Assembly: GCA_902783125.1 (NCBI GenBank)
Contig: CACZPS010000045.1
Location: 1,242 to 65,241, forward strand
Direction: 5' to 3'
Length of the DNA: 64,000 nucleotides
From: an uncultured bacterium
GTDB taxonomy: Bacteria > Cyanobacteriota > Vampirovibrionia > Gastranaerophilales > Gastranaerophilaceae
The notes beneath the pieces are model-generated. The model was given only the letters and a program-made list of their open reading frames with translations, was not told the DNA's origin and did not search any database. Shown here in pieces: positions 18,389 to 28,341 of this stretch. Made by a program: the position numbers and the translations under genes. How positions within the stretch are numbered: the stretch's first letter is position 1; each line of letters begins with the position of its first letter.

Positions 18389-20326
18389 TTATTTTTCAAT
18401 AAGTCTGATTACTTCATACAAATCAAGTTCTTTTTCTTTACCCCTGATTTTAACATTAGAAATTTTTACGGTATCAATAATACCTCTTGCTTGAGCATAA
18501 GTTGAAGCGCTAATCAAAAGGTTTGTTTTATAGATTTTATTGTTTCCTTCGATTCTGCTTGCGAGGTTAACCATATCCCCGATAACAGTATATTCCATGC
18601 GTTTTTCCGAGCCAATATTTCCGACAAAGGCTTCGCCTGTATTTATTCCGATTCCGATTTCAATCTTAGGTTTTCCTTCTTTAAGCCATTTTGTTTGCAA
18701 TTCTTTTACCTTATCAAGCATTTCACAGGCACAACGTACAGCATTCTTCGGGTGGTTTTCATCTTGAATAGGTTCGCCAAAGATAGCCATAACAGCATCA
18801 CCGATGAATTTGTTAATAACTCCGTTATGCTTTGTTACTATTGGCTCAATTTCGGTAAAATATTCATTCAATATTACTGATACTTCATCTGCAGAGAGTT
18901 TTTCGCTCATTGATGTAAACCCTCTTATATCAGCAAAAAGCACTGTAACATTCGCTTTTTTCCCTCCAAGTTTCAGCTCGTCTATATTTTTCACAACATT
19001 TTTCATAATATCTTCAGATATATATTTGCCCATAGCTGTTTTTATTTTTTCTTTGTTTCTGTCTTCTAAAATATATTTATGTGAATAGGCAAAAATCATA
19101 GTTATTATAGACATTGTTATGGGTGTAATTGTATTAATAGCAAATCCTTTGCTATAGAGTAATCCGCAAAATGCTATATATAGCACTAAGATTAGAGTTA
19201 TTCCTGATAATGCTACAAATAAAGAAAACATTCTAATCAGATAAAATGTCAATGCCATTAAAATAACCGCAACCAAAATATTCTGAAAATCATGCAATTC
19301 ATACATAAAATAATTGTTTAAATAATTATCAAGAGTAGTAGCCTGAATATCAAGTCCTGAATGGTCATTTGAAACGGGGGTTCTTTTTATGTCTGACAAA
19401 CCCGTTGCGGTTGCTTTAACGTTTGCTCCGAACATAACAATTTTTCCGTCAAATTCTCTCGGATTAATAAGCGGTTTTTGACCTGATTTTAAATCTCGAT
19501 AAGAATCAATTATATCAATCGCCGAATAAGTTTTATGTGAATAGCTGCTTCCGTGATAATTAGGTTTGTAATATCTGATAAAAGTATAAATTCCTGTATT
19601 TTCTCGTGTAGTTGGAATCCATAATTTAGATTTATTTCCGATAACACGTTTATCCGTAATTGTAACAGGTTCATCCCCATGGAGATACATAAAAGTTCTA
19701 AGCGCCAGAGAAGGATAAATTGTTCCTTTATAATTAATCGCATCTATAGCAACTCTGACATATCCGTCATTACCTTTTGCGAGTTTAATAGAGCCCACTT
19801 TTTTTACGGCATTGAAATATTCGTCAGGAAATACAACAAGACTGTTCATCGGGTAATCATCTGCCCACATTCGTAAGTCATCTATATTACACGAAAATTT
19901 GTTCTTGAATTTTTCATCATAAATCCTACCCATTTCTTTATCGGGGTATTCTCTGTTAAATAACGTCATACCGACCACAAGGTTATTCATTTTTGATAAA
20001 CAATCAAAATATTTTCTGTCAGCAACAGGATTGTCTTTTGTTACTAATATTGAATCAGAAACAACCACTTTTGCCTTTGTATATTCTCTAAAATAATTAA
20101 ATATAGGACAATACAAATCCCTTTTCCATGGCCACCTGTATCTTCCTATGGATTTATCATCAATAACGATAAGAACAATGTCTTTACTCCCATGTTTTGT
20201 AGCGGTAAATGTTTTTACCATGTGATTATACATTTTAGGTTCAAGAAATTCATCAGTCACCCAATATGCTAACCAGAAAAATAATAGTATTGAAAATGAT
20301 AAAAACAAAAATTTTAAAAATCGCAT
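18389..20326 (-). CDS. CHASE2-domain class III adenylate/guanylate cyclase
   Basis: N-terminal TM, extracytoplasmic CHASE2-like region and three TM helices. Cyclase domain VTVLFADIRGFTSMSE, KFIGDAVMAIFG, GINTGEAFVGNIGS. Confidence 0.85.
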   Translation of the reverse strand: MRFLKFLFLSFSILLFFWLAYWVTDEFLEPKMYNHMVKTFTATKHGSKDIVLIVIDDKSIGRYRWPWKRDLYCPIFNYFREYTKAKVVVSDSILVTKDNPVADRKYFDCLSKMNNLVVGMTLFNREYPDKEMGRIYDEKFKNKFSCNIDDLRMWADDYPMNSLVVFPDEYFNAVKKVGSIKLAKGNDGYVRVAIDAINYKGTIYPSLALRTFMYLHGDEPVTITDKRVIGNKSKLWIPTTRENTGIYTFIRYYKPNYHGSSYSHKTYSAIDIIDSYRDLKSGQKPLINPREFDGKIVMFGANVKATATGLSDIKRTPVSNDHSGLDIQATTLDNYLNNYFMYELHDFQNILVAVILMALTFYLIRMFSLFVALSGITLILVLYIAFCGLLYSKGFAINTITPITMSIITMIFAYSHKYILEDRNKEKIKTAMGKYISEDIMKNVVKNIDELKLGGKKANVTVLFADIRGFTSMSEKLSADEVSVILNEYFTEIEPIVTKHNGVINKFIGDAVMAIFGEPIQDENHPKNAVRCACEMLDKVKELQTKWLKEGKPKIEIGIGINTGEAFVGNIGSEKRMEYTVIGDMVNLASRIEGNNKIYKTNLLISASTYAQARGIIDTVKISNVKIRGKEKELDLYEVIRLIEK

Positions 20327-20429
20327 TTTGTCACCTAAAGGAATTTAATAATGTTATTAATGTAAAATTTTAACCTTATTTTACATTTACCCCCACTATG
20401 ATATAATATTTTAGGCAAAAGGACAATTT

Positions 20430-21035
20430 ATGAACAAAAATTTAATAAAAATTTTATCGGAAGAAAAACTGTACCCTATAATCAGACAAAAAGATTCTGT
20501 CAAAGCAGAAGATATCGCAAATGCTCTTATTGAAGGCGGGGTGAAAATTTTAGAAATAAATGTTGAAAATGCCAAAATGTATGATGTTATTTCTAAAATA
20601 TCAAAAAAGGCAGATGTATGTGCCGGAAGCATTATAACCACGTGGCAAGCCGAAGCAGCGATGAATGCAGGTGCAAAAATGTTTTCATCTCCGATATTTC
20701 AAATGAATATGGTTAAAATTTCAAAAAATATGGGAGTACCTTTTATAGCAGGAGCAACAACCGCAAGCGAGGCTTATGCGGCTTGGAAATCAAGAATACC
20801 ATTGATTAAAATTTTTCCTACCGGCGCTTTAGGCGGAGTCAGATACATAGAAGATATTCTCAGACAGATGCCGTTTTTGAATGTTATGCCAATGGGAAAT
20901 ATTAAGTATGACGAAATCACTGACTACATTAATGCAGGAGCCGTTGCTGTCGGGATTGGGCGTGATTTATGTGAAATGGATATTGATAAAATATCTGATA
21001 AAACTAAAAAGATTCTGGAAAAAATAAAAAAATAA
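20430..21035 (+). CDS. eda: KDPG/KHG aldolase (Eda family)
   Basis: ~200-aa TIM-barrel pattern: YPIIRQKD..ALIEGGVKILEIN, FSSP, IKIFPTGALGG (Schiff-base Lys context). Confidence 0.65.
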   Translation: MNKNLIKILSEEKLYPIIRQKDSVKAEDIANALIEGGVKILEINVENAKMYDVISKISKKADVCAGSIITTWQAEAAMNAGAKMFSSPIFQMNMVKISKNMGVPFIAGATTASEAYAAWKSRIPLIKIFPTGALGGVRYIEDILRQMPFLNVMPMGNIKYDEITDYINAGAVAVGIGRDLCEMDIDKISDKTKKILEKIKK

Positions 21036-21046
21036 TCAGGTAAAAT

Positions 21047-22093
21047 ATGAAGAAAAAAGTTCTTATATCAGGATATTACGGATTTGATAACTTTGGTGAT
21101 GAAGCTATTTTAGGTATTCTTTTAGAAAAGCTAAAAGATTGCGACGTTACAGTGCTTTCCAATAATCCGAGAAAAACCTTTGATACTTACGGTGTTCATA
21201 CGGTTTATACATTTTCGATTGACCACGTATTAAAAGAGCTGGCATATTGTGATGTTTTGATTTCAGGCGGAGGAAGTTTACTTCAGAATATAACCAGTAA
21301 TCAAAGTTTATGGTTTTATGCAAGTATTATTCAATTTGCCCAAATAATGAAAAAAGAGGTTGTTATCTTTGCTCAAGGCATAGGTCCGATAAAGGGTTGG
21401 TTCTCTACAGGTTATACAAAAAAAATCCTAAAAAAATGCCAATATATCTCAGTAAGGGATGAGAAAAGTTTAGAACTTTTGAATAAATGGAAGATAAAAA
21501 ATGCTAATTTGGTTTGTGACCCTGTTTATAGCTTAGAAGTTAGCCAGCCAAACAGAACAAACAAAATCGGTATTCAGTTAAGAACTTTTGAAACCTTAAC
21601 AGATGATTTGTTTGATAATATTGTTAAACAAATAAATATCAGATTTTATAACCGAGAGATTGAACTGATATCATTACAAGATGAGCTTGATGTAGGAATA
21701 TCAGAGGTTTTCTATAATAAAATAAGAAAAGCTAATCCAAACATAAAAGTTACAATTGCAAAAGGTTTAAACAACAAAGAAATAATCAATCATATTTCAG
21801 AATACGACTGTATGATAGGAATGAGATATCATGCCTGTTTAGTCGGGGTTAAATATGGGGTCAAAACACTTGCAATTGCTTATGACCCTAAAATAGAAGC
21901 ACTGGCAAAAGAAAATAATCTGCCTTGCTTATCTATGGACAACAAAAAGAATAATTACATAAAAGCATTTGACGATATGGAAAACCTTTCCCGCTGGAAC
22001 TTGATGGAAAGTGCAAAGTCCCATATCTTTAACTGGGATAAAACCGGTATCAACGAAATTAAAAAACCAAAAAGAAAATACAGAAATAAATAA
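21047..22093 (+). CDS. csaB: polysaccharide pyruvyl transferase CsaB
   Basis: N-terminal GYYGFDNFGDEAIL, ISGGGSLLQN, GMRYHA. Confidence 0.75.
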   Translation: MKKKVLISGYYGFDNFGDEAILGILLEKLKDCDVTVLSNNPRKTFDTYGVHTVYTFSIDHVLKELAYCDVLISGGGSLLQNITSNQSLWFYASIIQFAQIMKKEVVIFAQGIGPIKGWFSTGYTKKILKKCQYISVRDEKSLELLNKWKIKNANLVCDPVYSLEVSQPNRTNKIGIQLRTFETLTDDLFDNIVKQINIRFYNREIELISLQDELDVGISEVFYNKIRKANPNIKVTIAKGLNNKEIINHISEYDCMIGMRYHACLVGVKYGVKTLAIAYDPKIEALAKENNLPCLSMDNKKNNYIKAFDDMENLSRWNLMESAKSHIFNWDKTGINEIKKPKRKYRNK

Positions 22094-22387
22094 CAGAAAA
22101 CCAGTAATTAGTAATGTCTTAGAATATTTACTTTACATAAATTACAATTTAAAGCAACACCTTTTAATTAAAATATCCCCTATCTTTTGTAATTATTTTT
22201 TGCATTTGTTTCATTTCTTAACACAGTTATTTTCATTTACCCCTGAATTACTCTTAATTTTTTTAATAAAAAAAATTACACAAAAATAATATGATATCAT
22301 ACAACAAAAAATGTTACATTTTCCCTTCCTTCGTAACAATTTCATTTATGTTTGCCCTGTGTTTTATATATAATTTAGTTATATCAA

Positions 22388-22499
22388 TCTCTCCTTTAGG
22401 AGAGAAAAGAATTTCAAGATTTTTTACAAAAAATCTTTGAAATACAAAAGAGATTAAAAGGGGTAAATGTATAATCTATCTCTCCTGAAATAAGAGAGA
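22388..22499 (+). promoter_or_regulatory. three hairpins in the 485-nt spacer upstream of pgi
   Basis: TCTCTCC-TTTA-GGAGAGA (22388-22405). Imperfect 14-bp palindrome ATTTCAAGATTTTTT..AAAAAATCTTTGAAAT (22411-22443). TCTCTC-(9 nt)-GAGAGA (22479-22499). Confidence 0.4.
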
Positions 22500-22581
22500 A
22501 ATTTTTCTTAATGAATAAAGCGAACTTAGAAAAATAAGAGAGGTTGCAAACGCCGCAGAGATACGACGAAAGGGATAGTTG

Positions 22582-23970
22582 ATGATAAAATTTGACCATA
22601 GGGGGATAGAATCAAAACTGGTCGGAGAAGAAAACGGAATAGATACAGAAAAAGAGTTTGAAAATTATAAAGACCGCATATCTGAAATAATTACCAGTTT
22701 ACATAACAAAAAAGCCGGAGCCGGTGAATGGTTGCAGTGGATGAATCTGAAATATATGGAAGACACTGTTTGGTATATAAAAGAGTATGCTTCAATGGTA
22801 GAGAATAGGTTTGATAATATTCTTGTACTAGGGATAGGCGGCTCAGCACTCGGCGGGCTGGCAATGACCGAGGCATTACTCAAACCGTATTGGAATTATT
22901 TATCAAAAGAAGAACGTAATAATTACCCAAGAATTTTCTTTTTAGACAACATTGACCCTGACTGTGTTAAAAGTTTACTGAACACTTTAGACTTAAAAAA
23001 GACTCTGGTAAATGTAATAACAAAATCAGGTTCCACCCATGAAACAATGGCACAATATATGATAGTGAAAGATATATTAGAACAAGAATTGGGTGATGAT
23101 TACAGAAAGAATATTGTTGCAACGACAGACAAACAGACCGGAGTTCTCAGGCAGCTTGCCGACCAAGAAGGCTACAAAACTTTTGTTATTCCTGATGATG
23201 TCGGAGGAAGATTTTCGGTATTTACAGCTGTAGGACTGTTGCCTTTGGCACTTGTAGGAATTGATATAGACGAAGTCGTTCAAGGCATAAAAGATATGGA
23301 CGAACGATTGAAAAATCCTGATATTTATAATAATATTGCAGCTCAAAATGCGCTTATTCATTATCTTTTAAATACTCAAAAGGGTAAAACAATAACCGTA
23401 ATAATGCCATATTCAACTCGTCTGCAATACATACCGGATTGGTTTATCCACTTGTGGTCAGAATCTTTGGGAAAATCTTCAGACAATAACGGCAATACTA
23501 TTAATACGGGACAAACCCCGTTAAAAGCAATTGGGGTAACCGATCAGTATTCTCAAATGCAGTTATTTAACGAAGGTCCGAACAATAAATTAATTAATTT
23601 TATCAAGGTAGAGAATTTTGATAACGAACTTAAAGTCCCGAATATTTTTGAATACACAGGAATTGGTTATCTTGGCGGAAAAAGTTTAAACGAACTTTTA
23701 GATGCAGAGTATGAGTCAACAAAAGTCACATTGACAGATTGTTCAAGACCGACAGTTAGTATTATACTTCCGAAAATCAACGGATATTATATAGCGCAAT
23801 TGTTATATATGTTTGAAATGCAGACAGCTATAACGGGAGCTTTATATAATGTTGACACATTTAGTCAAAATGGTGTAGAACAGGCGAAAAATTACACCTA
23901 CGCATTAATGGGCAGGGCAGGATACGAAGAATCCGCATCAGAAATAAAAGAAAAATTAACAATGGTATAA
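22582..23970 (+). CDS. pgi: glucose-6-phosphate isomerase
   Basis: LGIGGSALG, TKSGSTHET and GGRFSVFT motifs. ATG at 22582 preferred over the TTG at 22579 (GGGA 6 nt upstream). Confidence 0.9.
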   Translation: MIKFDHRGIESKLVGEENGIDTEKEFENYKDRISEIITSLHNKKAGAGEWLQWMNLKYMEDTVWYIKEYASMVENRFDNILVLGIGGSALGGLAMTEALLKPYWNYLSKEERNNYPRIFFLDNIDPDCVKSLLNTLDLKKTLVNVITKSGSTHETMAQYMIVKDILEQELGDDYRKNIVATTDKQTGVLRQLADQEGYKTFVIPDDVGGRFSVFTAVGLLPLALVGIDIDEVVQGIKDMDERLKNPDIYNNIAAQNALIHYLLNTQKGKTITVIMPYSTRLQYIPDWFIHLWSESLGKSSDNNGNTINTGQTPLKAIGVTDQYSQMQLFNEGPNNKLINFIKVENFDNELKVPNIFEYTGIGYLGGKSLNELLDAEYESTKVTLTDCSRPTVSIILPKINGYYIAQLLYMFEMQTAITGALYNVDTFSQNGVEQAKNYTYALMGRAGYEESASEIKEKLTMV

Positions 23971-24006
23971 TGCTTTATAATAAAATAAAACAAAGGAGAG
24001 CAAAAT

Positions 24007-24363
24007 ATGTATGAAATAAAAGCACAAATGTATTTTTCAGCGGCACATCATTTGCTAAATTACGAAGGTGAATGTGAGAATCAACACGGTCACAATTGGC
24101 TTGTTGAGGCTTATGTTCAGGGCACAGAGCTAGACAAAAGTAATATCCTTATAGATTATAAGGTTCTGAAAAAACATCTTAAATCTGTTCTAGATATCTT
24201 GGATCATAAAGATATCAATGAATTACCGGATTTTAAAGGAATAAGTCCAAGCAGTGAAACACTTGCAAAATACATTTATACCAAGATGAAAGAACAAATT
24301 CCTCAAATAAGTAAGATTTCTGTTTGGGAAACTTCAACATCTTGTGCGAGCTACTTTTTATAA
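24007..24363 (+). CDS. queD: 6-carboxy-5,6,7,8-tetrahydropterin synthase
   Basis: FSAAHHL..EGECENQHGHNW zinc/catalytic signature; 118 aa; AAGGAGAG SD. Confidence 0.9.
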   Translation: MYEIKAQMYFSAAHHLLNYEGECENQHGHNWLVEAYVQGTELDKSNILIDYKVLKKHLKSVLDILDHKDINELPDFKGISPSSETLAKYIYTKMKEQIPQISKISVWETSTSCASYFL

Positions 24364-24366
24364 TTA

Positions 24367-24395
24367 AAAATGGAAAATTGAAAATGGAAAATTTT
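24367..24395 (+). repeat. AAAATGGAAAATTG 14-nt unit, two copies, directly after the queD stop
   Basis: AAAATGGAAAATTGAAAATGGAAAATTTT. The 23-mer ATGGAAAATTGAAAATGGAAAAT (24370-24392) recurs inverted at 44978-45000. Confidence 0.9.
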
Positions 24396-24422
24396 GGTTT
24401 CTACAACAAAGGAGCACTTTAA

Positions 24423-25274
24423 ATGTTAGGATTAATAAAAGTAATAACAATGGGAATAGTTCAGGGCTTGAGTGAATTTTTACCGATATCAAGTTCAGCT
24501 CACCTTGTATTCACATCACATATTTTACAGATAATATCAGGAAATCCAATACCTGATGAATCCAATTATGATATTGTTCTTAGTATGATGTTGCATATCG
24601 GAACATTAGTTGCAGTATTTATCTTCTTTTGGAGAGAAATTGCTGAAATATGGAATGCGCTTGTTAATGGTGTAAAAACAAAGAATTATAATGATTATAA
24701 TACAAAACTCGGACTATATATTATTTTTGGGACACTTATTACAATAGCCGTTGCACTATGTATAGACGATACGGCAGAAAGATTGATGAACATGCCTGCG
24801 GTTGTGGGATTTTTATTGATTATTACAGGTTTTTATTTATTCTTTGCAGAAAAGTTTTCTGACAAAATAAACGAAGCGAACAAGAAAAAAGAAATAGACA
24901 CCAAAACAGCGGTAATAATGTCGATAGCACAGGGCTTAGCGGCACTTCCGGGGTTTTCCCGTTCAGGCTGGACAATTGCTAGCGGTTTGTTTTCTAAAAC
25001 AGACAGAGTTGCAGCAGCAAGATTTTCATTTTTATTGAGTATTCCTATTATATTAGGAGCATCTATTGTTTATCCGTTGAAAGAAATTAATATATCAGAA
25101 CTTGTATCATATAATTGGACATACATAATGATAGGAACAGTTGTTTCAGCAATAGTCGGTTACATTTGTATCAAATATTTTTTACAGTTCTTATCTAAAT
25201 TCTCATTAAGAGTATTTGCATATTATTGTATAATTATCGGCTTTATAACAACAATATTTTTCACATTTATATAA
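24423..25274 (+). CDS. uppP: undecaprenyl-diphosphate phosphatase
   Basis: GIVQGLSEFLPISSSAHL and PGFSRSG motifs; polytopic. Confidence 0.95.
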   Translation: MLGLIKVITMGIVQGLSEFLPISSSAHLVFTSHILQIISGNPIPDESNYDIVLSMMLHIGTLVAVFIFFWREIAEIWNALVNGVKTKNYNDYNTKLGLYIIFGTLITIAVALCIDDTAERLMNMPAVVGFLLIITGFYLFFAEKFSDKINEANKKKEIDTKTAVIMSIAQGLAALPGFSRSGWTIASGLFSKTDRVAAARFSFLLSIPIILGASIVYPLKEINISELVSYNWTYIMIGTVVSAIVGYICIKYFLQFLSKFSLRVFAYYCIIIGFITTIFFTFI

Positions 25275-25418
25275 TATAAATAACGTAAACAGTGAGTAGT
25301 ACCGGTCATAGAAGATATAGGAGGCAGAATGACTAATTTATTTATCGTATAAAGTTATTCTTTTAGACTCTTTTCAGTTCTTATAACATTTCTGCCACAA
25401 ATATGTTATACTCTTATT

Positions 25419-25817
25419 ATGGATTTATGGTTTAAGTTACCAAATATTGTAAGATTTTTAATTGTAGGAAGTATAAATGCTTTTGTTTCTTACATAATAT
25501 ATGCTATTGCCGTATTTTTAATCGGAGATAGTTATTATCAGTTATGTGTATTTATACAGTGGACAATATCATCGGTTATATCCTATCTTAACCAGAAATT
25601 TTTTGTATTTTGCACAAGGGGTAATTACATAAAAGAGTATCTAAAGTGTTGCACGACTTGGGCAATCAGTTATTTGTTAAATGTTATTATTCTTGAAATC
25701 TTTGTTCGATTCTTAATAAAAAATGTTTATATTGCCCAATTCATATCACTGTTTATTGTGTCGATTTCGACCTATATTTTATTCAAATGTTTTGCATTTC
25801 GGCAAGAATCAAAGTAA
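25419..25817 (+). CDS. GtrA-family membrane protein
   Basis: 132 aa, four TM helices, FLIVGSINAFVSYIIY N-terminal signature. Confidence 0.7.
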   Translation: MDLWFKLPNIVRFLIVGSINAFVSYIIYAIAVFLIGDSYYQLCVFIQWTISSVISYLNQKFFVFCTRGNYIKEYLKCCTTWAISYLLNVIILEIFVRFLIKNVYIAQFISLFIVSISTYILFKCFAFRQESK

Positions 25818-26771
25818 TTCAATATCTTTAATATACCGAGGTCTTGCTTTAACTTCTCTGTATAATTGCCCTACATACTCTCCAATAATTCCGAGACAAA
25901 ACAGTTGAATCCCGCCAAAAGCGCACATTATAATAATATTTGTTGCCCAACCGTTAGGTGAATTATGCCAGAACAGTTTTTCAATAACAGTTTCAAAACC
26001 TATCGCAAATCCAAACAGTGCCATAAAAAACCCCAATACAGCAACAAATCTCAACGGCACAACACTATATGAAGTTATACCATTCAATGCAAGTGCCATT
26101 AGTGATGAAAAATTAAACTTTGATTCACCTGCCATCCGTTTTTTTACATCAAAATTGACATAAGTCGTGGGTAATCCTATTTCATTAAAAAATCCTCTTA
26201 AAAAGAATAGTTTTTCCGGATATAAACTCATAATATCTAATGTACGCTTACTCACCAATCTATAATCCGAATGATTCATAGGGATATTTGCACCAAAAAG
26301 TTTCATTGTTTTATAAAATGCTTCTGCCGTAAATTTTTTAAAGAAAGAATCAGTTTTTCGGTCGTTTCTTATACCAAGAATAATATCATACCCTTTCATA
26401 TATTCATCAATAAATCTTTCAATGGCACCCTCATCTTGCTGCAAATCGGCATCAATAGAAGCAACGCAATCGCAGCCTATTTCTTTGACACTTTCTAAGC
26501 CGGCTATTAAAGCTCTCTGATTTCCAAAATTTCTTATAAACTTTGTACCTTTTATAAGTGGATTACTATTATGTAATTCTTCAATTATATTCCATGTTCT
26601 GTCTTTTGAACCGTCATCAACAAAGTATAAATAACTTTCATCAGAAATCTTACCTTTAGATATTAATGTGTTAATCAGATTAATTAATTTTTCTGATGTA
26701 GTTTTTAAACATAATTCCTCATTATAACAAGGAATAATTATTGCTAATCTTGGAATAGTTCTTGATACCAT
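25809..26771 (-). CDS. family-2 glycosyltransferase, polyprenyl-phosphate sugar transferase type (GtrB/ArnC-like)
   Basis: IIIPCYNEE, VDDGSKD and IDADLQ (DXD) motifs, plus two C-terminal TM helices. Confidence 0.85.
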   Translation of the reverse strand: MVSRTIPRLAIIIPCYNEELCLKTTSEKLINLINTLISKGKISDESYLYFVDDGSKDRTWNIIEELHNSNPLIKGTKFIRNFGNQRALIAGLESVKEIGCDCVASIDADLQQDEGAIERFIDEYMKGYDIILGIRNDRKTDSFFKKFTAEAFYKTMKLFGANIPMNHSDYRLVSKRTLDIMSLYPEKLFFLRGFFNEIGLPTTYVNFDVKKRMAGESKFNFSSLMALALNGITSYSVVPLRFVAVLGFFMALFGFAIGFETVIEKLFWHNSPNGWATNIIIMCAFGGIQLFCLGIIGEYVGQLYREVKARPRYIKDIELL

Positions 26772-26827
26772 ATAACCTCTCTCTTTTTGTTTATATTATA
26801 ATATACAAAAGAATATGGCAAGGGTTT

Positions 26828-27670
26828 ATGACTAAAAAATTTATATTTAACGCAGACGATTTCGGGATGTCCGAATATTATAATAAGGCAGTGTTGGATG
26901 GGGTTAACAATGGAATTTTGACCTCAGCAAGCCTTTGTGCAAATGGTGAAAAATTTGATGAAGCAATAAATGATATTATCCCGAACTGTTCTGATTTATC
27001 TGTTGGAATTCATCTGAATATTATAGAAGGACACGCGCTAACCGATTGCCCTATGTTAACAAATGAAAACGGGATTTTTAATAACGAATATATTTCGATT
27101 ATTCTAAAATCTTTTAATAAAACATTTATGTTACAAGTAGAACAGGAGTTTCGTGCGCAAATCGAAAAAATCCTCGCAAAAACAAAAGTTGACCATATAG
27201 ATTCGCATGTTCACACCCACGCAATTCCTAATATTTTCAGATTAACCGCAAGACTGGCAGAAGAATATAATATTCCGTACATCAGAACACAATGGGAAAA
27301 ACCGTATTTTGTTCCGTCTATAAAAAAATATTTAAATTCAAAATATCCACCTAATATTTTAAAAATTATATTACTTAACACTTTTACAATATTAAATAAA
27401 CCTATTGCAAAAAAATATAATCTGAAAACAAATGACTATCTTATAGGAGTAGGTTTTACCGGCATGATGGACAGTTCAACAATTGAGTATGGATTAAAAA
27501 CCTTAGACAAAGATTGTATCGCAGAAGCTCTTATTCATCCTTGTAAATACGATATAATCAATCAAGATAGTCACCATTTTGAATATCTTAGTACAATAGA
27601 TAATAATTTAAAAAATAAAATCAAAGAATTTGAGTTCGAATTAATTAATCATTCAAATATAACAAACTAA
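26828..27670 (+). CDS. ChbG/HpnK (YdjC) family carbohydrate deacetylase
   Basis: FNADDFGMS, GIHLN and DSHVHTH motifs. The ATG at 26828 (MTKKFIF) is preferred over the upstream start of the tracked ORF. Confidence 0.8.
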   Translation: MTKKFIFNADDFGMSEYYNKAVLDGVNNGILTSASLCANGEKFDEAINDIIPNCSDLSVGIHLNIIEGHALTDCPMLTNENGIFNNEYISIILKSFNKTFMLQVEQEFRAQIEKILAKTKVDHIDSHVHTHAIPNIFRLTARLAEEYNIPYIRTQWEKPYFVPSIKKYLNSKYPPNILKIILLNTFTILNKPIAKKYNLKTNDYLIGVGFTGMMDSSTIEYGLKTLDKDCIAEALIHPCKYDIINQDSHHFEYLSTIDNNLKNKIKEFEFELINHSNITN

Positions 27671-27674
27671 ATAT

Positions 27675-28010
27675 TTATTTATACCATACCTTGAAATTAT
27701 CTATGTCATTAAGTAATTTTTCGTAATCCCCGTTAAATTTAAGACTTCTATCATCAATATATAAGAAAGCCGGTTCTTTAACATTTGTTATGTCATTGAT
27801 ATAACTATCAATATGGTTATCAATAACCCACTTGCTTGCAAGTAGTTTATTTCGCGTGGTAAATAATTTTACAATATATTTCTCCGCAAGTTTTTTTAAA
27901 AACAAATCCGCACCTTCTTTGATTTTAGGAATGTTATTCTCATCAAAAACACCAATATATTCATTAAGTACCCCATCAAGGTCAATTAAAATTGTATTTT
28001 TATATACCAT
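27675..28010 (-). CDS. HAD-superfamily phosphatase-like protein
   Basis: ILIDLDGVLN (DxD motif I) and later YIDDR. Internal ATG at 28010 chosen so motif I lies near the N-terminus. Confidence 0.5.
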   Translation of the reverse strand: MVYKNTILIDLDGVLNEYIGVFDENNIPKIKEGADLFLKKLAEKYIVKLFTTRNKLLASKWVIDNHIDSYINDITNVKEPAFLYIDDRSLKFNGDYEKLLNDIDNFKVWYK

Positions 28011-28341
28011 TTTCTTTCTCTTTAATATATTTTCATTTATTATATAAATATAATTCACTTATGTCAACACATTTTTTAATATTATTAACATTATTTACAA
28101 ATTTTTACAACATCAAAAATTATATGAACTTTAAAATAAGTCGCATCTAATCTGCCGTTTATTGTAATTCATTTATTAATTTCATTACAATATATTTTAT
28201 ACTCTTGTAAAACAATCGCTCTTTTTTAATGTTTACGAAATTCACCGAAATTATTATGTAAATTATTATTAATTCACCAAATAATATTAGCAAAATATTT
28301 TTTTAGGTTTATTAAAATATTATTAACGAAACATAATTATT

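Noticed and set aside
22011-22599. ORFs 22011..22289 (+) and 22414..22599 (-) in the csaB-pgi spacer
   Set aside because: Low-complexity translations, with no SD and no motif. They overlap the csaB end and the hairpin and repeat blocks, so the spacer is better explained as non-coding.
23444-23452. DnaA-box-like TTATCCACT
   Set aside because: It is a single 8/9 match inside the pgi coding sequence, with no cluster of boxes, no AT-rich unwinding element context and no dnaA or dnaN nearby.
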